From Patescibacteria group bacterium (GTDB lineage: Bacteria; Patescibacteriota; Patescibacteriia; UBA9934; CAMTUG01), in assembly GCA_038065815.1 (NCBI GenBank), contig JBBTQF010000012.1, positions 1,663 to 65,662 on the forward strand: a DNA stretch of 64,000 nt, read 5' to 3'. The first letter of the stretch is position 1; every line of letters starts with the position of its first letter. Of this stretch, positions 27,801 to 38,139 are shown one piece after another. Made by a program: the position numbers and the translations under genes. The notes beneath the pieces are model-generated. The model did no database searches. It saw only the letters and a list, made by a program, of their open reading frames with translations, and was not told where the DNA came from.

Positions 27801-30800
27801 GTGCTCGTCAGATTTTGACAGACCCCGTCAATGCATGACGTGGCGCTTGTCTGGCCTGAACAATCTACGTCTGTCACGCACTTAACACTGCTTGATGGCT
27901 CATACGCACAATAACCTGTCGCGCAGAACTCACTACTGTCACACTCATCATCACTGCCACACGCGGAACCCGTGTCGCTACAAAAACCAATAGAGCAGGA
28001 CTCGCCGTCCTCCGTGCCGTCACACGCGCCAGCATAGTACACAAGACGATAATCTTCACCTGCAGATTGACATGAATAAGCGGCTCCAATATCTCCACAC
28101 TCCTCCTCTCCTTCCGTTGTGTCGCAACTCAAATAACTTCCGTCCTCATACGGTTCGTATATCTCATCAGTAGCTCCGTTTACGCACCATTTCGACGGAT
28201 TGATGTTGACTTGCGAAAGAAACTGCGCCGGAATCTGGTTTGGAATTGAGTAGCCGGCGTACTCATAACCGTACCAACCAACATCACGCGATGAATAAAG
28301 GTCAGCGGTCAGAATGTCCGGCGTCTTATCCTGCGACCAGCTTGAGCAGAAACTCGAGTCCGAAAAAGCCGAATACTCGTTACATGCGTCCACGCTGTCA
28401 CAGCTAATTTCGTATGAATTCGTGGACGTGTCCCAAACCGTTCGTGTCGAGTCGCATGCAAGCCATTCGGCGCAAGCGCGATCAAGATTTACCTTCTGCA
28501 CCATGTTCGTGTCATCCTCAAGCGCCGTCGCGTCGGACTCGCATGAACCAGAAACCAAATCACCGCCATCGCTCTCAACATCAGGACAATCCGCATCAAT
28601 CAGACACGAACCGGTGTACGTTGTTCCAGTATTATTATCGTATGGGTGCAGTAGCGCCGTATCATAACCGCAACGTTGCGTACACAAATCCACTTCAGTT
28701 CCGTCCGCCAGCACAACCTCGCCGTCATCTGGACAGGAGAGCGGATCAACCAAATCATAACTATCCGCACCAGCGTCAAACTTTGGCGCGTGCACACTGC
28801 GAATGTAGCTTGCGCTGGCATTATATGTGAGCTCGCCTTGAACGATGTCGTTAAAGAGCACACAGCCACGCTTCTGACTCACCATGCCGTTGCACTGTTT
28901 AGAAGTCGAGAGATTGGAATCATCGAGGAGCTCATCATTGATGAAGAAATACGACTCGCCTTCGTCCTGCCCGTAGAGTTCATCGCCGGTGTCGGCTGGG
29001 TCAATAAACTCGGTACAGAAATCATACTGTGCAGAGCATGTCCCACCCCAGCCATCGTAAGCGCTGTCGCCATTCCGCCAAATACTGCTTGCTGTACCGC
29101 CGGAAAGATAAGTGCCTGTATCAATTTCACACTCATCAGTTTCCTCATCAGTTGAACTTGTGCAATCCGAGTCCGTCTCACAGTCGGCACCTGACACGGT
29201 GCAAGTGCCGGTCCCATAACAGAACTCTGACGTGCCCGTACGGAACCAGCCGGAATAAGACGTGCCGTTCAAGCTCACGCTCGTTTTATACTCACAAGTT
29301 TTGTCGTTTGGATTTTTGAAAAAATACGTTGAGCCGTCAGTCGTATCCCACGCCTCGCAAAACAACGCTTCGGCCTGACAGAGTTGATCATCATACTCAT
29401 CAGGCTGGTTGAGCAGATAAGTTGACTCCCACGACGCCACAACTGTCTGATCCATACTGAACGTCGGCGCACCAGTCTCCACACAACCCATAACCGAACT
29501 CTCACATTCAAACTCGCTATTCGCGACAAAGTATACTTTCTCATCTGCATTCACCACTTGCGTCTCCGGACCAAAAACGATGCTCATATCGGCGTCGTCT
29601 GGCGCAAGCGGATTACCGTCTTCATCACGAGGCTCCCCGCCCTCCCAATCAAATAAACAATCCTTTGAGCCGGCCGTAATCGTACAAACGGTCTCCCCTT
29701 CAATCTCACAAACCACTGACGAGCTCGCCTGATCTGGTACGCCATCGCCGTCATCGTCCGCGTTGTCACAACGCACGTTATAGGAGACACCATAAGCCGA
29801 CTCCGAAGCTTGCGTATCAAAGAACCCCGCGCACCCCACCAACTCTTCCGAGCAGAGTCTGGTGAACGATTTCAAATCAGCAATATCTCCATTGGAGTCC
29901 GTGTATTCCTGACAGCCAAGATAATACAGCGGAGATTCCGCGCCATCTGCGGTCTCGTCGCACGTAGACGGCGTCACCCATGAGTCCCTAATGACTGTAA
30001 TATTCTCCTCGGTCTGGCGCAGAGTGATATTGTCAATGTAGAAATCATCACCGGACGCGTCGCCAGCAAAGGCAAGCACGGCCGTCTCGTCAAAATCCGT
30101 ATCCGTGGTGTCGAGCGGGCCGACTGTGAACTCTTCCCAGTTGGTTGAGAGATCAACACTCTCAAACGCCTGCACTGTCCCACTGCCACCGTCGTAAACA
30201 AACTTTGGTGTAATGCTGGTGCTGTTGTCCGATGCTTTTGCCCAAAAGTTGAGCACATACACCTTATCTTCGGCGAGCGCATCAGCGAGCGTTCCACAAT
30301 CATCCTCGTCCTTTTCAACCGTGCACTCAAACCCAAGTGTGCTGTCCGAGGCTTCACAGCCGTCCTCTGTTACACAAGTTGAACCGTAATCAATGTAAGC
30401 AGTGAACAACGCACCGCCAGCAATGGTCGTCACAATGTGAATCGAACGGCCATCTGTTGCAACAGACTCGTTGCTCACTTCGGCCGTGGCTCCGTCCAAA
30501 TCGTACTCATCAATATCTTCGTCTTCGACGTCATCATCGTAGACAATTGAAGAGTTACGACCGGCACCACCAGTGTATTCACGACAACCGTTTTGCGAAC
30601 TCGGACAGGAATCAGACTCATCCGTATATCCGTAAAAACGGCAATTGCCAGTTGTGGAGTCGAAGTACCCGCGTGCCGATTCACAACTTATTTCGCGCTC
30701 GCTTGAGTCTACGCCAGAAATCTCGGTTTTACGATAAGCTATACAAGAATCAGTAACGCTCACAGTATCGTCAAAACGACGATAAGAGATGTCTCCACCT

Positions 30801-33800
30801 TCATCGTAGAACTCACGGCAGTCTGGCTCATCAAAAATGTCATCATGCTCGTCGCAGGCAGAATCCGTATCCGCCGAGCCGTCGCTGTCCGCGTCCACGT
30901 CAGAGCAATATATGCCATCACTCTTCGTTTCCCAACTCGTACACGGCGCACCATCCAAATCACTCTTGAGCAAATTCCATGACTGCAGTTTGAAGCCTTC
31001 CAAATCCGATCCTTCCCACGTATAGTAAACCGCTTCATTCGTAGTCTGACTGCCTGTCACGCAGGCGCGCAAATAAGTGTAGTACTCCTGACTTTCATCC
31101 GACAGATTAGTAAACTCATCACAACCAACGTACTGCTCACTGCACGAGATGGCAGTATCCGAAATAAAATACACCGGAAATTCGCCGTCAGGTTCGTAAA
31201 GCGTCGGCTCCTGCTTGTAAGTGTCATAGCCCACGCACTCGGACGGACATTCATCAAGATCGCCTGTGATTCCAGGCACCGATGGATTGCCGTTCACTGG
31301 AGTATAAAGCAGACAACCAGCATCTTGCGCCGTACACATCTGCGAATAACTATCGCACTCCTCCGGATCGTCAGCAGAACCTTCACAACCAAGATACGAT
31401 GGCGGGAGTTTATAATAAACAAGCTGTAAATCATCAATAGCACTTCCGTAACCCTCACGGAAGTTGTCAACATCCTCATCTGCTTCAAGTTGTACCGCAT
31501 CCACGAGCAAGTCACCTCCAAAATCAAGGGAGGCTACGCGCACGCCAATCGTAGGATCGTCAAGTGTTGGCGAGGTGAATGTACAGGTGAAGCGTTCATA
31601 CTCATCAGAGTCAGGCGTGACCGACATCTGCAAAGATTCTGGTTTAGCATTCCCATCAAGACTTACAAGCTCGCAATTATCACTGTCATAACTTGTGCCG
31701 ATCAGATTAACTTCTTCAGAACCATCGCTTGAGTCTGTCACCAGATAGACAGTGAGCTCATTACTGTCACTTGAGCTCGGTTGGGCCGCATAAAACGAAA
31801 GCGTATAAAACATCGAGGCTTGGATCGAGATGTTGCGCTGGTAGATAAAGTTGCCAGACCCGGGATTCACGGCCGAGTCGCCAGAAATCGAATAGTCGCC
31901 ACTGATATCGTAGCCCGGCGTGCCGGTTGAAAGCCAGAAATCCGGTTGATCATCGCTGTTATCATCATCCTCAAAACTTGGATTGATGATGAGGTTAAGC
32001 TCGGTGTCATCATCGTCAATGACAAAACGACGGCAACCAGCATCCGAGCTGTCGCAATCTTCTACTTCACTGTTGAAATAGACACGCTCCGCGTATGTAA
32101 ACTCTGCGTCGTCATCTGTCGGAACATCAGTGATCGTCGGCCAATCAAACACGCCATCACTATCCTCTTCTTTGGTCGTTTCATACCACAGACAGCCGGC
32201 GTTATTACTATCGCACACTGACTCATCAACGGTATTAAACAGCAAATCCGAATCATCGCCATCTTCGCTAGTAAAACTTAAACACGTTCCATACTGCTCC
32301 GGACAATCTTGCCCACGGAACTGATATACGTTCTTCTCTTGCGTGCAATAACCATACCCTCCAACACATGCCCCACTCGCGTCTTCCTGAATACAGCTTG
32401 GCGCGTCAACACATTCGTCTTGACGATCTGCTCCGCTAATGGAAACGAGCTGGCCGGCCACTTGAGCCTCACATTGTGTTGAAGGATATTTCAGCACCCA
32501 GTTTGGATCAATGAGATGGCAATAAGGATATTCGGTATCGCGTTCGCCGTCCGCATTGCAGTTATCAAACGCAGAGACAACGTCCTGCAGTGTATCAGGG
32601 TCGCTACTTTGGAGATCTGCGGCTATCTCCCAACCTATCGGAATGATACGCGCCTTACGCAGTTTCACGAGGTTGCTGTAACAGTAGCCGTAAGAGTAAC
32701 AATCGCGGTCCAGATTGCGCGAATCACTGCTCGAAATGAGTGGCCGGTCTCCGTTGATGTAGCCTTCTTCAATCGCTTCCTGCACAGTGAAAGGACTGCC
32801 TGCGTCAGCGCTTCCGACAGCCGTTGCAAAACTGTCGTCCATCGTACAGTTATTCAAGCTGATAGCGTTGGTGGTTGGACACAAAATAAACTCACTCACG
32901 GCGTTATACGTATCAAGGCTGATAGGTGTTGTCGTATAAATCGTTTTGTAAAAATCTTCCGCGCCTTCAACTCCACCGCGTGTACCAACCGAGCCGACAT
33001 CAAATGAATCGGACACGCTGTCCACTGTCACGTCGTATAGTCCAGTAAACACATTATCGAGAAATGTACTCACGAATGTGTTGGCAAAGACACTTAAGGC
33101 CGATAAGCCTAAATTCTGCCAAATTTCAGGATTGTTGACGAGTAGAGCCCAATAATCTTTGGCATTTTCCTTCGGATCAAGATAAAGCTGTTTTTTCCCA
33201 GACTCAAGAGCAATGACTGTCGCAGGGGTTTTAATATTTCCAGAAATAAAATCCGCAACATCCTTATATCCCTGCTTTGCTAAAAGCTCGGCAAGCTTAA
33301 CTTTTTCCTTTTTATTAACATTCTCAAACACTTGACTGTAGATGGTCATTGAGGCAGTCAATTCTGTCTCGCGCGGATTAATCGCATCAGCAAAATATCC
33401 AAGAACGTATTTAGTCGGATCCTCGTCAAACGCATTATATTCATTCACGATCCCCGTATACGCATTTGTCCAGTTGGTCAAGGCCTTCTGAAAATCACAC
33501 CTCGGTTTCGGCTTAAATACTTGACTCAAACCGAGCTGAAGGTTGATTCTACCAAGCGCGGAAGGAGCGCACAGATCAAAATGCAATCCAGCAATATTAG
33601 CCCCCTCGCTCAATGCGGCAATGGCCTCCCCAACGATGTCGTACACAATTGAGTTGCTAAAATCCTCGAGCGAGCGCAACTCTAAAAGCGGTTCCCCTCC
33701 GGCTGCCCCAGTGGCAAGACGCACGGCAAATTCATACGAAACGCGGTTAAGAGAATACTGCAAAAGATTCCAGATGATCATGCCAAAAGCGACCTGAAAC

Positions 33801-33979
33801 GGTTTTTTGTATGCCTCTACCTCTACCTCTTTAATTACCCCCGGTATGTCCTCCACAATAATCGTCGTTATCCCCGGCGCCACCGCAAATACCTTCATTG
33901 GTGTCCCAACAAAAAGAAAAGAAAAGGACACGAGCAGTCCCAAAAAAACAAGTTTAATTCGAATCTTGTGAGGCAACAT
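24872..33979 (-). CDS. Giant (about 3036 aa) Cys-rich acidic surface protein
   Basis: Uninterrupted ORF; N-terminal signal/TM region, NPSFE..W CBM-like domains, many Cys-rich repeats and DxDxDG motifs; hairpin 24833-24860 downstream. Confidence 0.8.
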   Translation of the reverse strand: MLPHKIRIKLVFLGLLVSFSFLFVGTPMKVFAVAPGITTIIVEDIPGVIKEVEVEAYKKPFQVAFGMIIWNLLQYSLNRVSYEFAVRLATGAAGGEPLLELRSLEDFSNSIVYDIVGEAIAALSEGANIAGLHFDLCAPSALGRINLQLGLSQVFKPKPRCDFQKALTNWTNAYTGIVNEYNAFDEDPTKYVLGYFADAINPRETELTASMTIYSQVFENVNKKEKVKLAELLAKQGYKDVADFISGNIKTPATVIALESGKKQLYLDPKENAKDYWALLVNNPEIWQNLGLSALSVFANTFVSTFLDNVFTGLYDVTVDSVSDSFDVGSVGTRGGVEGAEDFYKTIYTTTPISLDTYNAVSEFILCPTTNAISLNNCTMDDSFATAVGSADAGSPFTVQEAIEEGYINGDRPLISSSDSRNLDRDCYSYGYCYSNLVKLRKARIIPIGWEIAADLQSSDPDTLQDVVSAFDNCNADGERDTEYPYCHLIDPNWVLKYPSTQCEAQVAGQLVSISGADRQDECVDAPSCIQEDASGACVGGYGYCTQEKNVYQFRGQDCPEQYGTCLSFTSEDGDDSDLLFNTVDESVCDSNNAGCLWYETTKEEDSDGVFDWPTITDVPTDDDAEFTYAERVYFNSEVEDCDSSDAGCRRFVIDDDDTELNLIINPSFEDDDNSDDQPDFWLSTGTPGYDISGDYSISGDSAVNPGSGNFIYQRNISIQASMFYTLSFYAAQPSSSDSNELTVYLVTDSSDGSEEVNLIGTSYDSDNCELVSLDGNAKPESLQMSVTPDSDEYERFTCTFTSPTLDDPTIGVRVASLDFGGDLLVDAVQLEADEDVDNFREGYGSAIDDLQLVYYKLPPSYLGCEGSADDPEECDSYSQMCTAQDAGCLLYTPVNGNPSVPGITGDLDECPSECVGYDTYKQEPTLYEPDGEFPVYFISDTAISCSEQYVGCDEFTNLSDESQEYYTYLRACVTGSQTTNEAVYYTWEGSDLEGFKLQSWNLLKSDLDGAPCTSWETKSDGIYCSDVDADSDGSADTDSACDEHDDIFDEPDCREFYDEGGDISYRRFDDTVSVTDSCIAYRKTEISGVDSSEREISCESARGYFDSTTGNCRFYGYTDESDSCPSSQNGCREYTGGAGRNSSIVYDDDVEDEDIDEYDLDGATAEVSNESVATDGRSIHIVTTIAGGALFTAYIDYGSTCVTEDGCEASDSTLGFECTVEKDEDDCGTLADALAEDKVYVLNFWAKASDNSTSITPKFVYDGGSGTVQAFESVDLSTNWEEFTVGPLDTTDTDFDETAVLAFAGDASGDDFYIDNITLRQTEENITVIRDSWVTPSTCDETADGAESPLYYLGCQEYTDSNGDIADLKSFTRLCSEELVGCAGFFDTQASESAYGVSYNVRCDNADDDGDGVPDQASSSVVCEIEGETVCTITAGSKDCLFDWEGGEPRDEDGNPLAPDDADMSIVFGPETQVVNADEKVYFVANSEFECESSVMGCVETGAPTFSMDQTVVASWESTYLLNQPDEYDDQLCQAEALFCEAWDTTDGSTYFFKNPNDKTCEYKTSVSLNGTSYSGWFRTGTSEFCYGTGTCTVSGADCETDSDCTSSTDEETDECEIDTGTYLSGGTASSIWRNGDSAYDGWGGTCSAQYDFCTEFIDPADTGDELYGQDEGESYFFINDELLDDSNLSTSKQCNGMVSQKRGCVLFNDIVQGELTYNASASYIRSVHAPKFDAGADSYDLVDPLSCPDDGEVVLADGTEVDLCTQRCGYDTALLHPYDNNTGTTYTGSCLIDADCPDVESDGGDLVSGSCESDATALEDDTNMVQKVNLDRACAEWLACDSTRTVWDTSTNSYEISCDSVDACNEYSAFSDSSFCSSWSQDKTPDILTADLYSSRDVGWYGYEYAGYSIPNQIPAQFLSQVNINPSKWCVNGATDEIYEPYEDGSYLSCDTTEGEEECGDIGAAYSCQSAGEDYRLVYYAGACDGTEDGESCSIGFCSDTGSACGSDDECDSSEFCATGYCAYEPSSSVKCVTDVDCSGQTSATSCIDGVCQNLTSTACEGDTLKCSGIGTASCVQSASTQTGACYNDKCLLDPKDDDGSGEAETFEPAEGEELDCRGWPEANAPFGNSVVETWANSALGPKERTDTNTKSSDSAIGIDSEDPTVNSSKAYERKSTFERVTLCVAGEECDCSYDKVSYGSLTRYYDEGAENAASRVCSGGTYDGAVCIDSAVDNTIYNVMDTTCEEAGGSCQFITGQQALVGWQGYCLERDARTQVNGDSNSDACLTWLPLDQLSGASDIYGKYEEAGYPLTNTYYCGESDYYVDVPVSDFSIEETSGTSGIACAEHESSHDCWSLEENDDGDRVFSWKDLLRGDGNAVCPKGDYAVLGRCIYTDADPDTGDTDSAEDGDNYFAECQNDRGATSDYNDHPYICVPGDPEQLGGEDDDDVRDLYNETATRGYVPFHTDKESDYFGEPCYDPQALEDMGILDDIDGGEGVYALKKSDVDYEAGYFSPLSSDGNRVYKMMSGTDEFANLLEYYADCKIMGFDYAAMEAGGTDAIFDVNFDSYFNNCPTWSWTTCPKYWSGLYFDQGVYPACTTLVNVASTEGNRAWTNRLLYETYQISAVDDRFEYTNKTARAPFGAAWSPDELNETDWNDPAPARILSCVVSESGTASYLTEADGTCDSSSYYGFAPYYEDGLGDSSDPEARAYNMYDSAVINLNDFLTGISQIFAKTLTLFSWDKDGGDGTGGYGDGVEISSSNTSSSGSADLSPADHYSDVTATGDSYQDETTPSAPIVRSIGSTCVDDLCQEGSNDSFSINGYDDENLTGTSGQFLADIKFYVEANANQMPIRRMIIDWQDEDDGSDQFGSTSSNNYYKNARGLDEYNEEFCGESPENWGEEADACTSAYYNYSHVYTCTESFVVTLETCDNLDEDGDGLPDSTPCADGTACVYRPRIHVRDNWGWCTGECPDTETNPGNGDSCYGSMEDMDTSSADNECELERPDGNMDFDSFAEDDPWVYYEGVIRVEP

Positions 33980-34607
33980 ACTCGGCAAGGACTTGGTTAT
34001 ACAATTCAATAAGCTCATCATCACTATAGTTCGCCAACATATCAGACGTCACCCCATTTTGTGAGAGCAATTCGCGCAATGACGCTGGATCCATGTTCTC
34101 AATAAGCGCTTGAACGCTAGCTGGGTCGCTTCCGGACTCGATGAGTTGCTGAAGAAAGGCGGAGTTGTCCTCTGGCGCTTCAATCGAGGAGGCAACTTCT
34201 TCACCGATATCAACGGAGATCTCGTTGGTTCTGGAACATTCACTGTCAATCGGACAGTTTGGATCGTTTCCAGAATTGAGCTCCTGCGCATCGTCATAAC
34301 CGTCAGAGTCAGAGTCAGAGAGATACGGCGAGGTGCCGTAGACTTCCTGCTCATCATAATCGTTGAGTCCATCACTGTCCGTATCGCGCACCTTCATTGC
34401 ATTCTTCTCTGCCTCTTCTTGCTGTACAACAAACGATTCGTCATCTGTCAGCGTCAGCTGGAAAGGCAGTGATAAATTTTTTCCAATGTAGCGCGTGCCT
34501 AGTGTGATGCCTCCGATGCCCGCAATGATAAGCAACAACAAAGCCGCCCTTTCTGGACCAGAAAATGGCGAGCGAGGTTCACTCGGAATAACCGGCTGAT
34601 TTTGCAT
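33954..34607 (-). CDS. Membrane-anchored protein with bacterial TSP3-like Ca-binding repeats
   Basis: TM helix then DTDSDGLNDYDE..YGTSPYLSDSDSDGYDD. Confidence 0.75.
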   Translation of the reverse strand: MQNQPVIPSEPRSPFSGPERAALLLLIIAGIGGITLGTRYIGKNLSLPFQLTLTDDESFVVQQEEAEKNAMKVRDTDSDGLNDYDEQEVYGTSPYLSDSDSDGYDDAQELNSGNDPNCPIDSECSRTNEISVDIGEEVASSIEAPEDNSAFLQQLIESGSDPASVQALIENMDPASLRELLSQNGVTSDMLANYSDDELIELYNQVLAEYVASQDSN

Positions 34608-34684
34608 AAATCAGTCGCAATTATTATAACAAAAATAGACAGTAGACAGTAGATGGTGAAAAGGATTACGGGGGATAACATCTC

Positions 34685-35497
34685 TCATATGGAGAGTCTG
34701 CTATCTACGAGTCGCTCCCAAAGCTCTATCCATTGATCAACAGAAAGCTCTTGCGCACGAGCTTTGTCGTTCAATCCGATATCACAAAGAGTCATTTTCA
34801 CACGCTCTGTACCATATTTTTTCCCCAAATTGCCTTGCAACTGCTTGCGTCGCGATACAAAGCCGAGCTTTGCAAGCTGTATCACTTGCTCTACATTGTT
34901 CCTATTTGTCACAGATCTCTTATCCATTCTTAATGACCTATCCAACTGCACCACGGTTGAATCCACTTTTGGCATTGGATGAAACGCGCCCGGAAAAACG
35001 TTACATACGCGCTTCACGTCCGCATACAACTGACAAGCCACGGAAAGCACACTCATATCACCAGGTTTGGCGAGGATTCTGTCCGCGACTTCGCGCTGAA
35101 CCATCACGACCATGCGAGTCGGAGAATGTTCGTCCGCGAGAAACTTTTCCAGCACGGCAGAGGCGATGTTGTAGGGAAGATTTGAGACGAGTTTATAATT
35201 TGGTAATTTGATAATTGGGTAATTGAGCAACTTGGCCGTAGAAAATTTCAAAACATCACCAAAAAGGAGATGAGCGCGATTGCCAAATTTTTCTTTGAGA
35301 TCAGGGATTAAATCCCTGTCGGCTTCAATAGCAATGACGCTGGCTCCAGCATCAACAAGAGCTTGGGTGAGGATGCCGTGACCCGGGCCGATCTCGAGAA
35401 TTGTCTCTCGTGGAGTGATTTCAGCCGCCGTGATAATTTTTTTTATCACGCTTTTATCATGCAAAAAATGCTGACCAAAAGATTTTTTTGCAAACAT
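34685..35497 (-). CDS. rsmA: 16S rRNA m6,2A dimethyltransferase
   Basis: KKSFGQHFL, LEIGPGHG, SNLPYNI, MVQREVA, RRKQL, RAQELS. Confidence 0.95.
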   Translation of the reverse strand: MFAKKSFGQHFLHDKSVIKKIITAAEITPRETILEIGPGHGILTQALVDAGASVIAIEADRDLIPDLKEKFGNRAHLLFGDVLKFSTAKLLNYPIIKLPNYKLVSNLPYNIASAVLEKFLADEHSPTRMVVMVQREVADRILAKPGDMSVLSVACQLYADVKRVCNVFPGAFHPMPKVDSTVVQLDRSLRMDKRSVTNRNNVEQVIQLAKLGFVSRRKQLQGNLGKKYGTERVKMTLCDIGLNDKARAQELSVDQWIELWERLVDSRLSI

Positions 35498-35502
35498 ACG
35501 CT

Positions 35503-36111
35503 CTATATTTTTATTGATCCTCGACGCAACACCTCCACACAATCACCAATAACCCGAGCAAGGGTTGACGGCTTGCGTTTTGGAAGCGTGCCTGCATTAA
35601 GGATGTAAATTCGGGCCGTCTCCCGATGACGGCCACCGTCATCGGAAGACAACCCGAATCGTGGGAGGTCTAGAATACGAAATGCTGGAGGTTCACCAGA
35701 ACGATTCGCCGAGGTCGCGATGATAGGTCGGCCTAACCCTCGCGCGAGAGCTCTAGCTGTGGGATCGCTCGAGACACGTAAAGCCACAGTACTGTCCTGC
35801 AAGACACTCTTCGCAAGTGGTAATCGCACTAATTTAGTCTCGCCTATTGGAAGCACGAGCGTCAACGGCCCAGGCCAATGCTTTTTTGCAAGCGCGAGCG
35901 CGGTTGGCGAAAACACGGCATAGCGTCTCGCCATCGCCAGCGAGCTCACAATGAGCGGTGTCCCCTTCTTATTTGAGCGCCCTTTCATCTCAAAAACACG
36001 GCGCACCGCTTTGGCATTCGTCGCGTCACAACCAATCCCATAGCTCGTCTCGGTTGGAAAAACAACGACTCCCCCAGATTTCAAAACTCTAACTGCACTT
36101 TTTATTTTCAT
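35503..36111 (-). CDS. tsaC: L-threonylcarbamoyladenylate synthase (Sua5/YrdC)
   Basis: VVFPTETSYGIG, KGR, WPGPLTLV, ATSANRSG, PST. Confidence 0.92.
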   Translation of the reverse strand: MKIKSAVRVLKSGGVVVFPTETSYGIGCDATNAKAVRRVFEMKGRSNKKGTPLIVSSLAMARRYAVFSPTALALAKKHWPGPLTLVLPIGETKLVRLPLAKSVLQDSTVALRVSSDPTARALARGLGRPIIATSANRSGEPPAFRILDLPRFGLSSDDGGRHRETARIYILNAGTLPKRKPSTLARVIGDCVEVLRRGSIKI

Positions 36112-37042
36112 ACATACGAAGCCACTCCACCGTTCTCTTCAGTCCTTCGTCAAGTGGCACTTTCGCTGCCCAACCAAGAACTTTTCGAGCCAAACGCACA
36201 TCGAGCACCGAGCGCATGATCTCGCCTGGATTGGCCGCCATATGCTTTTCAAGAGCTTCACTCGCGGTCATCTTTTTGAGTTTACGAAATAGCACGTTGA
36301 CGTCCGTCTCTTTGCCGGTACCAATGTTAAAAATCCCGCTCAAGGATTTATCCATCGCCAACACAGCCGCTCGCACGCAATCCTCAACGTAGACAAAATC
36401 GCGCGTCTGTTTTCCAGAGCCAAAAATCTTAGCAGGCTTCCCCGTCAACATAGCCTGGGCAAAAATCGAGACAACCCCTCCTTCCCCACCGCCATCCTGT
36501 CGTGGTCCATAAACGTTCGCGTAACGCAACGCCACAAATGGAATACCATAAACCTCGCGACTAAAATTGAAATAGAGTTCTCCGGCGCGTTTTGCAACGC
36601 CGTATGGCGAGACAGGCTCATCAACAACTTCTTCAGACCACGGGGCTTTGTGTTTGTGTGAATCCGCGTACATTGCCCCGCCAGTTGAGGCGAAGACAAA
36701 TTTTTTCACGCCGGCTTTTTGTCCTGCTTCAATAAGGGCGAGCGTCCCGAGCACATTGACCTCGGCGTCATAAATTGGATTCTTAAGCGATTCGCGCACA
36801 TTTTTGAGCGCGGCATAATGGAAAATAATGTCCGGCTGAATTTTCTTCACGACAGCAGTGAGCTTCGGACTTGTTATTGACATCTGAATAAACTCCGCGT
36901 TCGGATTCACAAACGCTTTTTTGCCGTACGATAAATCATCGAGCACCACTACTTTGATACGACGCCGAATTAGCGCGTCAACAAGGTGTGAGCCGATAAA
37001 TCCCGCGCCACCGGTCACCAATGCTTTTTTATACATTGCCAT
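36089..37042 (-). CDS. NAD-dependent epimerase/dehydratase (UDP-glucose 4-epimerase-like)
   Basis: VTGGAGFIGSH, STGGAMY, YGVAK, RYANVYGPRQ, TRDFVYV. Confidence 0.9.
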   Translation of the reverse strand: MAMYKKALVTGGAGFIGSHLVDALIRRRIKVVVLDDLSYGKKAFVNPNAEFIQMSITSPKLTAVVKKIQPDIIFHYAALKNVRESLKNPIYDAEVNVLGTLALIEAGQKAGVKKFVFASTGGAMYADSHKHKAPWSEEVVDEPVSPYGVAKRAGELYFNFSREVYGIPFVALRYANVYGPRQDGGGEGGVVSIFAQAMLTGKPAKIFGSGKQTRDFVYVEDCVRAAVLAMDKSLSGIFNIGTGKETDVNVLFRKLKKMTASEALEKHMAANPGEIMRSVLDVRLARKVLGWAAKVPLDEGLKRTVEWLRMYENKKCS

Positions 37043-37043
37043 A

Positions 37044-38139
37044 TTATAATTTTTTTACGCTCCAGCGCAGATACGCCTCCACAAATCCATCGAGCTCACC
37101 ATTGAGCACGGCTTGCGCATCTGCTGTCTCGAAATCTGTACGATGATCCTTCACGAGTTTGTAAGGATGCAATACATACGATCGCGCTTGATTTCCCCAC
37201 TCCGCGCTGGTGTACTCTCCGCGCAACGCCTGTTTCTCTTTTCGTTGTTCCTGAAGCGCCAACTGATGCAGTTTGGATTTGAGCACCTTGAGCGCTGTCT
37301 CCTTATTTTGCAACTGCGAACGCTCGTTCTGGCAACTCACCGTGATACCGGTTGGAATGTGCACAACACGCACGGCTGAATACGTCGTCTGCACGCTCTG
37401 CCCTCCATGTCCGCCAGCGAGAAATGTATCAATGCGCAAATCCTTCGGATCAATCTCCATCTCTTTAAGATTTTCAAACTCTGGCAGAACCTCGACAAGC
37501 GCAAAAGTAGTATGACGCATCTTCTCTGCATCGAAAGGCGAAATGCGCACAAGCCGATGCACACCAGCCTCTGATTTTAAATAACCAAAGGCATAACGTC
37601 CAACGACTCGTAGCATCACACTCTTGATCCCCGCCTCCTCCCCGCGTGATTCAGAAAGCACATCAATACGCATCCCTTTTCGCTCCACGTAACGCATGTA
37701 CATACGTAGGAGCATTTCTGTCCAATCGTTTGCCTCTGTTCCGCCACTACCAGCATGAATCGCGATAATCGCGTTACTCGGATCATGCTCACCAGAAAAT
37801 AATGTTTGAAACTCAAGCCTAGAGAATCGTTCTACAAGATCGCGCGTTTTTCCTTCAATCTCTTCTTTGAGACTCGAATCGTCCAATCGTTCTAGCTCCA
37901 TGAGCTCTTCGAGCTCCTTATGAAGCGTCTCCCATGTCTCAATCTCACGACGAAGATCCGCAGTCTGCTGACTCACATCCGCAGCCCTGCGCGTATCTAC
38001 CCAAAAATCCGCCATCGCCATTGTCGCTTCGAGCTCTATGAGCTCGGCCTTTTTCTTTGGAAGGTCAAAGCAACCCCCACGTTTGGTGGAGGCGATGTTG
38101 GAGTGTCGTTAAGGTATTAGAGCTTAATCTCTCGAGCAT
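37044..38139 (-). CDS. prfB: Peptide chain release factor 2 with programmed +1 frameshift
   Basis: SPF and GGQ motifs; ATG at 38139 reads MLERLSS..TWGLL into CTT-TGA-C (38064-38070), preceded by SD-like GGGGGT. Confidence 0.93.
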
